Notes under the pieces: model-generated
Told to the model about the DNA's origin: nothing
Database searches by the model: none
The model's input: only the letters and a program-made list of their open reading frames with translations
Part shown: one piece after another, positions 53,142 through 62,559 of the stretch
How the letters are laid out: every line of letters starts with the position of its first letter
How positions within the stretch are numbered: position 1 is the first letter of the stretch
Source of the DNA: Torpedo marmorata
Lineage: Eukaryota
Direction of reading: 5' to 3'
DNA: 64,000 nucleotides
Assembly: GCA_977017645.1 (NCBI GenBank)
Contig: OZ360252.1
Coordinates: forward strand, 36,952,001-37,016,000
Program-made: the position numbers and the translations under genes

Positions 53142-53992
53142 TTGCGGCGCTGCCAGAGCTGCTGTTGCAGCAGCACTGCTGATAGTGCAGACCCACAGAG
53201 AGCGGGGAGCAAAGTCTCAGCTCTCCCCCTCGGGGTCCAACCGCCCAGTCCGACTGCTATCAGCTCTCTACAGGCTTTAAATGGCCTGTTAAAGGAGCCG
53301 ACGGTGGTTTATTTTAAAATCTCGCGACCGCGGGGTCTGGGCCCAAGACGGCGGCGCCTGTGTTCGGCAGCGGCCTCGAGGGGTTGCAGACTCCGGGAAG
53401 CGGAAGATTGGCACAGGGCACCAAAAAACGGGGAGACCACCCCCTGTTTGAGGAGAAGCAGAGGAGACGACCCACGGGACGGTGACCACGGCGGCGGACC
53501 AGTGAGGGGCTCTGAGGCGGAAGAACTCACAGGCGGCGGGCTGTTGGTGACTCAAGGCGAGGAACCCACGTAGGATGCAGGCTGCTGGTGACTGCGGTCA
53601 ACGGACTCACACCAGACTGCGGACTGCTGGAGACAGGCTCGAGACTGGCTGAAGGGGTACCAGGTATCAGAACCGGGATGCGAGAGGGTGCCGAGGGCGC
53701 TGAGGGCTTCCTGTTCCTGTCAGAGGTTTTGATCTGGAGCTCTGGTTGCCGATGGTTTGGACTGAGGCCTGTGTGGCCGCGGAGGCTGCGGGAGCGCTGG
53801 AGGCGAATCTACGGACATTCAGTGACCCTGGGGGGACTCTCTTTTGCTTCTCTTTCTCTAGCTGCAAGGGGTGCTAGACAATTTTTGCTGATGGCGAATC
53901 TTCGTCTGCCTTATGGTAGACTAAAGGAAATTTCATGTAATATCTCATTTTCTGTTTTATTACCATGACAATAAAAGAATCTTGAATCTTGA
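53142..53992 (+). mobile_element. Unnamed ~850-bp GC-rich non-autonomous retroposon-like element
   Basis: Two further copies lie in the window. It ends in TGACAATAAAAGAATCTTGAATCTTGA and has no recognisable coding domain. The 5' boundary is estimated from the composition shift. Confidence 0.65.
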
Positions 53993-54024
53993 CCATCACC
54001 TCCAGATTCAGCATCTCACGTACA

Positions 54025-54205
54025 CACTGGAGGCACTTTACAGAGGCCAATTCACCTCCCAACCCGCACGTCTTTGGGGTGTGGGAGGAAACTGGAGCAC
54101 CTGTGGGAAACCCACACAGTCACAGTGTGAGCCTGCAAACTCCACACAGACAGCAGCAGTCGTTGGGATCAAACCCGGGTCTCTGGTGCGGTAAGGCAGC
54201 AGCTC
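54025..54205 (-). mobile_element. V-SINE, older or different subfamily
   Basis: On the minus strand: B-box GGTTTGATCCC and V-domain GTGGGTTTCCCACAGGTGCTCCAGTTTCCTCCCACACCCCAAAGAC. Confidence 0.75.
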
Positions 54206-54607
54206 GAGTAGATGTAACGAAGTGCATTCTTTATGGCGAAGGCACCCCCCCTCGATGCTATTGGCTGGGTCGTTCCATAGTGTGGACAGGATGGGTGTAG
54301 CTTGGAGTGAGCTTGCAGCAGGGAGGTTCCTGCCTGCCTCCTGCACCTGCCTCTAAATCCCAGGTCTGGGAGGTAGTGCCATACTGCACTGCCTTGTCTC
54401 CTATGGCAGGCGAGTCTAGGACAAGAGGGCACAACTTCAGGATAAAAGGGTGTCAATTTAGATTTCAGATTTATTGTCAGATTACATACATGACATCACA
54501 TACAACCCTGAGATTCTTTTTCCTGCGGGCGAGGCAGAATTACCACTTATTGGTAGTGCAAAAAAAACTGTACTCAACGTACACATGTAAACAAATAAAG
54601 AACTGTT

Positions 54608-57600
54608 TTTTTTGTTGTTTTTTTTAAATATTTTATTTAAATTTTTAAATCACACATTACATAATATAATTCTACATATAATTCTTAAAAACTTACATGT
54701 GATTACATTTTCTCCCCCCTCCTTCCCACCCTCCCCTCCCTAACCCCTATATCCCCCTAGTCTAAATTTAAAATAAAATAAAATAATAAAAGAAAAGAAA
54801 AGAGAAAAGATAGAAAAATAGAGAAATAGAGTGAGGAGTCAATAAGCTTAAAAAACTAATATATCTTAGAGGTTATTTCGCCAGCGGATCTGTTATCCAG
54901 AGAATTTACAATGTTAAACCCATAATCCTCATATATGGGCCCCAAATTTTCAAAAAGAAATGATATTTATTTCGTAAATTATAAGTAATTTTTTCTAATG
55001 GTATACATGACCGTAACTCTGCATGCCATCGCTCTAAATTTAAATCAACATCCGATTTCCAAGTAATAGCTATACATTTTTTCGAAACTGCTAATACTAT
55101 ACGTAAAAATTCTACTTGATACATATTTAATCTATGTCTAATACTAAATTTTTTAATATCTCCAAATAAAAATAACATAGGATCCATTGCAATTTCAACA
55201 TTAAAAATTCTTTCTAAAAAATTCTTAACTTTCAACCAAAAATCTTGAATTTTTGAACATGACCATGTACAATGTGCGAAAGATCCTATTTCAGTTTTAC
55301 ATCTAAAACACATATCTGATAACGCTGGATTAAATTTTTTTAATTTTTTAGGTGTCAAATACAATTGATGAAAAAAATTATATTGTACCAATCTATATCT
55401 CACATTAATGACTTTTGTCATACTTAATTTACATAAATCTTTCCAATGATTTTCATCTATATTAACATTCAGATCTAATTCCCATTTCAATCTGGACTTA
55501 TGCACTCCTACTTTAGACATCTTTCTTTGGAACAACTTATACATTTGTGAGATAAATTTATTAACATTGACTTTAGTAATTAATAATTCCAATTCATTTT
55601 GCCCTGGTGCTGTTAATTCATTCCCTAATCTTTCAATCAAAAAAGCTTTAACTTGAAAATAAACTAACATTGTATTATCCAATATATTAAATTTTTCTTT
55701 TAACCTCTGGAAAGTAATAAATCTACCTGCTTCAAAACAATCTTTTAAAGTCTTAATTCCCTTTAAAAACCATAACTTAAGTAACTGATTATCCATAGAA
55801 AATGGTAAAAGCGGATTCTGATATATTGGTGTATTTAAAGAAATTAACCCTTTTTGACCTATCTCTTTGTCTACTTGTGACCAAATTTCCAACAAATGTT
55901 TAATAATTGGTGTATTTTTCTTTTTAAGTAATAATAATTTAGAATTCCATTTATAAATAATATCTTCTTTATGTATTTCTCCCATATTATTCAATTCTAT
56001 ATTAATCCAAGCAGAAGATTTATTTAAATCAAAGAATTCATTAATAAATTTTAATTGGGCCACTTTATAATAATACTGAAAATTAGGAAGTTGTAACCCT
56101 CCCATCTCATAATTCCATGTTAATTTATCTATACTTACTCTTGCCAACTTTCCTTTCCATAAAAATTTCCTAATAATAAATTTTAAATCTTTAAAAAATT
56201 TATTTGGAATACCATAAGGAATCGATTGAAAAAGATATTGAATTCTTGGAAAAACATTCATTTTAATACAATTTACTCTTCCCATCAAAGTTATAGGTAA
56301 ATCTTTCCAAAGCTCTAAATCTTTTTTTATTTTCATAAATAAAGGAATATAATTTAATTTATACAAATTCTCTAATTTTGTATCAATTTTAACACCCAAA
56401 TATTTAATACTCTCTATAGTCCATTTAAAATCTGTAACTTCTTTACATCTAGTATAATCCCCTTGAGATAGAGCTAAAATCTCACTTTTATCTGAATTAA
56501 TTTTATATCCTGATATCTCACCATATTCTGTCAATATATTGGCCAATTGTTGAAGTGATTTAACAGATTTCGTCATATATATTAATACATCATCTGCAAA
56601 CAAACTAATCTTATGTTCTTCCCTACCTACTTTTATTCCCATTATATTTATATCTTCTCTAATCATTTCTGCTAAAGGTTCTATTACCAAGACAAACAAA
56701 GCAGGTGACAAAGGACATCCCTGTCGTGTTGATCTTGATAACAAAAATTTTTGTGATATTTGTCCATTTGTAACTACTTTAGCCGTAGGTTCCTTATATA
56801 TAGTTTTAATCCAATTTATAAAATTATCTCCAAATCCAAATTTTTCCAAAACTTTAAATAAAAAATTCCACTCTACTCTATCAAATGCCTTTTCTGCATC
56901 TAATGTTACCACCAATGGTAAATCTTGTTTCTTCTTATTTATATTAATCAAACTTATCAATCTAGCTATATTATCTTTCGAATATCTGTTTTTAATAAAT
57001 CCAGCTTGATCTGAATGAATTAAATTTGGTAGATACTTAGCTAATCTATTCGCTAAAATTTTTGCCATTATTTTATAATCAACATTTAATAATGAAATAG
57101 GCCTATAAGACTCAGTTTTCAACACATCTCTATCCTTCTTTGGTATAACCGTAATTATAGCATTTAAAAATGTCTTTGGTAATAAATGAGTTTCAGTAAC
57201 TTGATTCAATACCTCCATATATAAAGGTATCAATAAATCTTTAAATTCTTTATAAAATTCTACTGGAAACCCATCATCCCCCGGAGATTTGTTACTTTTC
57301 AACGTCGATATTGCATCCGTAACTTCTCTCATCGTAAAGGGTAAATCTAAAGAATATTTACTTTGAACATTCAGTTTAGGTAAAGTAATTCTAGATAAAA
57401 ATCTATTAATCTTCATATCATCATGATCAACCTCAGATCTATATAAGTTCTGATAATATTCTTTAAAAGAGTCATTTATTTCTTGTGGCTTATAAGTTAT
57501 TTCTCCAGTATTTCTCTTCCTTATAGCATTAATAGTTTTAGAAACTTGTTCTTTTTTCAATTGCCATGATAAAACTTTATGTGCCTTTTCCCCTAATTCA

Positions 57601-58907
57601 TAATATCTTTGTTTTGTTCTCGTTATCAACTTTTCAGTCTTACGTGTTTGTAATAAATTATAATGTAATTTCCTCCTTACTAAACGATTCCTCTTAAGAA
57701 TAGACTTATTTCTCTGTAAATCCTTTTCCATAAATTCAATTTCCTTCTCTAATTTTTCCTCTTCTTTCAAATAGTCTTTTTTTATCTTTACTGAATAACT
57801 TATTATTAAACCTCTTAAATAAGCTTTCAAAGCTTCCCATACCATAAATTTATCATTAACCGAATTATTATTTATTCTTAAAAATTCCTGTATTTCTCGT
57901 CTCATATATTCACAAAAATCCTTTCTTTTCAATAAAAAAGAGTCAAATCTCCAATTATATACAGTTTTTTCCTTCTCTGGAATTATACATGTCATTAATA
58001 AAGGTGAATGATCTGAAATTATTCTTGCTTTATAAGATATCTGTGTTATTCTATCCTGAACTTGTGAAGATAATAAGAACAAGTCTATCCTAGAAAAAGA
58101 ATGATGTCTAAATGAATAAAATGAATAATCTTTCTCTCTAGGTTTCAACTTTCTCCAAATATCCACCAAATTCAAATCCTCCATCAAATTAATTATTTTT
58201 TTAACTATTTTTGGTCTAACAGATGTTTTCGAAGTTTTATCCATAATTGGATTTAAACAACAATTGAAATCTCCACCAATTAAAATATTCTCTTTAGCAT
58301 CTGATAAATGTAAAAAAGCATCTTGAATAAATTGTTCATCATCAGGATTTGACACATATAAATTCATAAGAGTCCAAAATTCTGAATAAATTTGACAATA
58401 TACCAAAACATATCTTCCTGCCGTATCAATCACTGTCGATTGTATCTTAAAAGGTAACTTTTTATTTACTAAAATAGCTACTCCTCTAGCTTTAGAATTA
58501 AATGACGACGCTATAACATGTCCTACCCAGTCTCTTTTCAATTTTTGATGTTCAATATCCGTCAGATGAGTTTCCTGTAAAAAAGCTATGTCTACTTTCA
58601 ACTTTTTAATATATGCCAAAGTCCGTTTTCTCTTAATTGGGTTATTAAGCCCATTTATATTAATACTTACTAAGTTTATACTCTTAGAATCTCCCATAAT
58701 CAAATAGTAACTGTTCCCTGTTAATCAAATCCACCCGCGTTTCCCTCTTACTCTGTCGTAAATACATTTCCTCCTCAACTAGAATGAAAGATAGAAGTAA
58801 AAGAAAAGAAAACCCCCCTATAAAAAACACTGGTCTTCTACTCCCAGTGCTACCCCCCTCTGTTGCTCGAGAAGCAGCTCTCGCTGCTAAGGTGGTGATT
58901 GCTTCGG
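54608..58907 (-). mobile_element. Young L1 insertion (4.3 kb): intact ORF2, no ORF1, 11-bp TSD
   Basis: TSD AAAGAACTGTT at 54597-54607 and 58908-58918. A-rich tail at 54608-54625 after AATAAA, a 3'UTR with a G-rich tract, and 210 bp of non-coding leader. Confidence 0.96.
54906..58697 (-). CDS. L1 ORF2p: APE endonuclease, reverse transcriptase and CCHC zinc knuckle (1263 aa from the ATG at 58697)
   Basis: Endonuclease motifs NINGLN, LQETH, NLY, GGDFN, SRID, SDH. RT motifs KSPGDDG, YRPISLLN, QAGF, LDAEKAFDRV, RQGCPLSP, FADD, KYLG. Zinc knuckle CFRCKTEIGSFAHCTWSC. No stops or frameshifts. Confidence 0.96.
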   Translation of the reverse strand: MGDSKSINLVSININGLNNPIKRKRTLAYIKKLKVDIAFLQETHLTDIEHQKLKRDWVGHVIASSFNSKARGVAILVNKKLPFKIQSTVIDTAGRYVLVYCQIYSEFWTLMNLYVSNPDDEQFIQDAFLHLSDAKENILIGGDFNCCLNPIMDKTSKTSVRPKIVKKIINLMEDLNLVDIWRKLKPREKDYSFYSFRHHSFSRIDLFLLSSQVQDRITQISYKARIISDHSPLLMTCIIPEKEKTVYNWRFDSFLLKRKDFCEYMRREIQEFLRINNNSVNDKFMVWEALKAYLRGLIISYSVKIKKDYLKEEEKLEKEIEFMEKDLQRNKSILKRNRLVRRKLHYNLLQTRKTEKLITRTKQRYYELGEKAHKVLSWQLKKEQVSKTINAIRKRNTGEITYKPQEINDSFKEYYQNLYRSEVDHDDMKINRFLSRITLPKLNVQSKYSLDLPFTMREVTDAISTLKSNKSPGDDGFPVEFYKEFKDLLIPLYMEVLNQVTETHLLPKTFLNAIITVIPKKDRDVLKTESYRPISLLNVDYKIMAKILANRLAKYLPNLIHSDQAGFIKNRYSKDNIARLISLININKKKQDLPLVVTLDAEKAFDRVEWNFLFKVLEKFGFGDNFINWIKTIYKEPTAKVVTNGQISQKFLLSRSTRQGCPLSPALFVLVIEPLAEMIREDINIMGIKVGREEHKISLFADDVLIYMTKSVKSLQQLANILTEYGEISGYKINSDKSEILALSQGDYTRCKEVTDFKWTIESIKYLGVKIDTKLENLYKLNYIPLFMKIKKDLELWKDLPITLMGRVNCIKMNVFPRIQYLFQSIPYGIPNKFFKDLKFIIRKFLWKGKLARVSIDKLTWNYEMGGLQLPNFQYYYKVAQLKFINEFFDLNKSSAWINIELNNMGEIHKEDIIYKWNSKLLLLKKKNTPIIKHLLEIWSQVDKEIGQKGLISLNTPIYQNPLLPFSMDNQLLKLWFLKGIKTLKDCFEAGRFITFQRLKEKFNILDNTMLVYFQVKAFLIERLGNELTAPGQNELELLITKVNVNKFISQMYKLFQRKMSKVGVHKSRLKWELDLNVNIDENHWKDLCKLSMTKVINVRYRLVQYNFFHQLYLTPKKLKKFNPALSDMCFRCKTEIGSFAHCTWSCSKIQDFWLKVKNFLERIFNVEIAMDPMLFLFGDIKKFSIRHRLNMYQVEFLRIVLAVSKKCIAITWKSDVDLNLERWHAELRSCIPLEKITYNLRNKYHFFLKIWGPYMRIMGLTL

Positions 58908-59924
58908 AAAGAACTGTTAACAGATGTAAACAAACTGACTGTGCAATACAGAGAGAATAAAAAAATCAATAAAGTGCACAAATAAGAGTCCTTAAATGAG
59001 TCCCTGATTGAGTTTATTGTTGAGGGGTCTGATGGTGGAGGGGTAGCAGCTGTTTCTGAACCTGGTGGTGCGAGTCGTTTGTCACCTATTCCTCTTTCCT
59101 GATGGCAGCAGCGAGAACAGATTGTGTGCTGGGTGATGTGGATCCTTGATGATTGCTGCTGCTCTCCGACGGCAGCGTTCCCTGTGGATATTCTCGATGG
59201 TGGGGAGGGTTTTGCCTGTGATGTCCTGGGCTGTGTTCACTACCTTTTGCAGGGCTTTATGCTCAGGGGTATTGGTGTCCCCATACTTGACCGTGATGCA
59301 GCCGGTCAGCACACTCTCCACCACACATCTGTAGAAATTTCCCAGGGTTTCCGGTGTCATACCAAACCTCCGCAAACTCCTGAGGAAGTAGAGGCACTGA
59401 CGTGCTTTCTTCACGATGCAGTTGGTGTGTTCGTCATGGAAAGAACCTCCGAGATAGTGACTCCCAAGAACATACATTTGCTCACCGTCTCCACCTCTGA
59501 TCCCCCAATGATCACTGGATTGTATACCTCTGGCTTTCCTTTCCTTAAAACAGATGCGGAAATATTTCTTTAGTCAGACGGTCGTGAGTCTGTGGAACTT
59601 GTTGCCACCGGCGGCTGTGGAAGCGAGGTCGTTGGGTGTATTTAAGGCAGAGATTGACAGGTATTTGATTAGTCAGGGCATCAAGGGTTACGGGGAGAAA
59701 GCCGGGTAGTGGGGCTGAGTGGGAGGATGGATCAGCTCATGATTAGAATGGCGGAGCAGACTCGATGGGCCGATTGGCCTACTTCTGCTCCCATATTTTG
59801 TGATCTTGTGATTTTGTTCTGCACAATTCATCAGCAGTGGGTGGGGGGGGGGGTTAGTACGGTTTTGTGGTCGGATGTTCAACCATCCAACGGGTTCATT
59901 TCATTTGGACTCTTAAAACTGAAA

Positions 59925-60103
59925 ATTTGGAAAAAAAACGCAGACGCTGGAAATCTGTACAGAGAGAAAAAACCATTAATCTTTCAGGTCAAAACCCCTC
60001 CATTGGACACCATTGCCTGACCAAGAGACTTTGACCTGAAATGTTCGCTCTGTTTCCCTTCCCACGGATGCTGCCCGACCCCCTGAGTGTTTCCAGAATT
60101 TTG
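59925..60103. mobile_element. Small degenerate inverted-repeat element built from two opposed Penelope-type termini
   Basis: GCTGGAAA..AGAGAGAAA..TTTCAGGTCAAAA is mirrored by TTTGACCTGAAA..TGTTTCCCT..TTTCCAG. A decayed hammerhead-like core reads CTGACCAAGAGACTTTGACCTGAAATGTT. Confidence 0.55.
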
Positions 60104-60104
60104 G

Positions 60105-60760
60105 ACACTCCCCCCTCATCACGGTCCGGGGCCCCAAACAGGCCTTTCAAGTGAAACTACACTTCACTTGTACATCCAGAGAACTTATTTACTGCTCCCT
60201 TTGTGGCTTTCTCTACATCGGAGAGACCGGCCGTAGATTGGGAGATCGCTTTGCTGAGCACCTCCTCTCCGTCCGCAACAACCGCGACCTCCCAGTAGCC
60301 AGCCATTTCAATTCTGGGTCACACTCCCACACTCACATGTCTGTCCATGGCCTTATGTACTAACCCACCCAGACTACCCGCAAATTGGAGGAACAACATC
60401 TTATTTTCCGTCTGGGCACTCTCCAGCCAGATGGCATTAACATTGACTTTTCTGCTTTCCACTAAACCTGCTTGTCTTTTCCTTCCCCTCCCCCCTTCCC
60501 TGTCCTTCCAGTTTTTCCACCCACCCAGCCATCCCTCCTCCCCCTCTTTGCTGCTGTCCCCTCCCTCCTTTCTCCACCTCTCATCTCCTGCCTTTGCCAC
60601 CCCCTTTCCCCCCCTCACTCTTTTGTTCGGACGCCTGCCGGCATTTTCTCATACTTTGATGAAGGGCTCAAGCCCGAAACGTCAGTTATGTATTTCTACC
60701 TTTGCTACATAAAAGACACTGTTTGACCTGCTGAGTTTCTCCAGCATTTGTGTTTTTACA
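60105..60760 (+). mobile_element. Penelope-like element 3' fragment: decayed GIY-YIG endonuclease plus terminus
   Basis: FTCTSRELIYC..CGFLYIGETGRRLGDRFAEH..LPVASHFN, then after a frameshift RKLEEQHLIFRLGTLQPDGINIDFS, a pyrimidine-rich UTR and a hammerhead motif. Confidence 0.9.
60650..60690 (+). ncRNA. Minimal type I hammerhead ribozyme motif (C3U variant); best-preserved copy
   Basis: CAUACU (stem I) - UUGAUGA - A - GGGCU-CA-AGCCC (stem II) - GAAA - CGUC^ - AGUUAUG (stem I'). Stem III is reduced to the palindrome ACGU. Activity is not shown. Confidence 0.7.
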
Positions 60761-60960
60761 TCAAATTCCAGTGGTCTTTCCTAGATTAGAGTAGTTCTCT
60801 TCGCTGTCTTACCCCCAGCTTTGAGAACTCAACTATTATTATTGCTTATCCCTTCACGTGGTAGGAGAAACTGAAGAAGGAAAGGAAGTTTACAGTTTTG
60901 GGTTTCTCAGAAATGATGAAAGGTGACTTGATAGAGGTTTACAAGATTATGAGAGGCATA

Positions 60961-62559
60961 CAGTAACCTCCATAATATTTGGGACAAAGACACGATTTTC
61001 TTTTATTTGCCCTTGTGCTCCACAGTTTTACATTTGTAATCAAACATTTCAGATTTTATTCAAGGTTATTTTTATACATTTTGGTTTGACCATGTAGAAA
61101 GTACAGCACTTTTTATACATAGTCCCCTCATTTCAGGGCTCCATAATATTTGGGACATAGCAGGTATGTATATTAAAGTAGTCATGTTTAGTACTTTGTT
61201 GCATATCCCTTGCATGCAATGACTGCTTGAAGTCTGTGATTCATAGACATCACCAGGTGCTGAGTATCTTCTCTGGTGATGCTCTGCCAGGCCTCTACTG
61301 CAGCCATCTTCAGCTCCTGCTTGTTTCGGGGTCTTGTCCCCTTAAGTTTTCTCTTCAGCATATGGAAGACATGCTTAATTGGATTGAGATCGGGTAACTG
61401 ACTTGGCCATTCAAGAATTTTCCGGTTTTTAGCTTTGAAAAGCTCCTTTGTTGCTTTAGCAGTATGTTTGGGATCATTGTCTTGCTGTAGGATGAAGTGC
61501 TGTCCAATGAGGTTGGAGGCATTTCCTTGAACTTGAGCAGATAAGATGTTTCTATACACCTCAGAATTTATTTTGCTACTGCCATCAGAAGTTACATCAT
61601 CAATGAAGATAAGTGCGCCAGTACCTGTGGCAGCCATACATGCCCAGGCCATAACACCCCACCACCATGTTTCACAGATGAGGTGGTATGTTTTGGATCT
61701 TGGGCTGTTCCTTTACGCCTCCACACTTTGCTCTTGCCATCACTCTGATACAGGTTAATCTTGGTCTCATCTGTCCACATGACCTTTTTCCAGAATTCTG
61801 CAGGCTCTTTTAAATACTTCTTGGCAAACTGTAATCTGACCATCCTGTTTCTGTGGCCAAATAGTGGTTTGCATCTTGCAGTGTAGCCTCTGTATTTCTG
61901 TTCATGAAGTCTTCTGCGGACAGTAGTCATTGACACATCCACACCTGCCTCCTGGAGAGTGTTTCTGCTCTGTCGGACAGGCATTTGGGGATTTTTCTTC
62001 ATTATAATGAGAATTCTGTCTCCAGCAGTGGAGGTCTTTCTTGGAATACCAGTCCCTTTGCGATTACTGAGCTCACCAGTACGCTCTTTCTTCTTAATGA
62101 TGTTCCAAACAGTTGATTTTGGTAATCCTAAGGTTTGGGTGATGTCTCTTACTGTTTTATTCTTGTTTTTCAGCCTCATAATGGCTTCTTTAACTTTCAT
62201 TGGCACAACTCTGGTCCTCATGTTGAAAAATGGCAACTACAGACTCCAAAGGTGATCAAAAGCTTAGAAGCAAGCCTAGTTCTCTTATACCTGCACCAAT
62301 GAAGCAATTAAATATACCTGAGTACTCACAAACACCTGTGAAGCCAAATGTCCTAAACATTATGGTGCCCTGAAATGGGGGAACTGTGTATAAAAAGTGC
62401 TGTAATTTCTACATGGTCAAACCAAAATGTATACAAATAATCTTTAATAAAATCTGGAATGTGCACTTTAATGACATGTGAATTGTTTGATCACAAATTT
62501 AAAACTGTGGAGCACAGGGGCAAATAAAGGAAAAAAAAGTGTCTTTGTCCCAAACACTG
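60961..62559 (-). mobile_element. Tc1/mariner DNA transposon of IR/DR type (1.6 kb), defective
   Basis: TA|CAGT...ACTG|TA ends and ~200-bp TIRs (60961-61157 and 62349-62559). The direct repeat CTCCATAATATTTGGGACA occurs at 60968 and 61139. Confidence 0.95.
61188..62221 (-). pseudogene. Tc1 DD34E transposase pseudogene
   Basis: HTH region, GIPRKT, WTDETK, VKHGGG, QQDNDPKH and WPSQLPDLNPIK. There is a 1-nt frameshift at ~61657 and the catalytic E is changed to K. Confidence 0.93.

Larger units (their letters stand above)
54457..59545 (-). mobile_element. Rex1/Babar-type LINE 3' fragment, split into 54457-54607 and 58908-59545 by the L1
   Basis: ORF 59082-59477 reads KKARQCLYFLRSLRRFGMTPETLGNFYRCVVESVLTGCITV..KDPHHPAHNLFSLLPSG. 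The tail TGACAATAAATCTGAAATCTAAA is at 54457-54480. Confidence 0.85.
54410..59815 (+). mobile_element. CR1-clade LINE 3' fragment, split into 54410-54460 and 59546-59815 by nested insertions
   Basis: SRTRGHNFRIKGCQF continues after the insert as ..MRKYFFSQTVVSLWNLLP..FKAEIDRYL, followed by the CR1 tail GATGGGCCGATTGGCCTACTTCTGCTCC. Confidence 0.85.
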
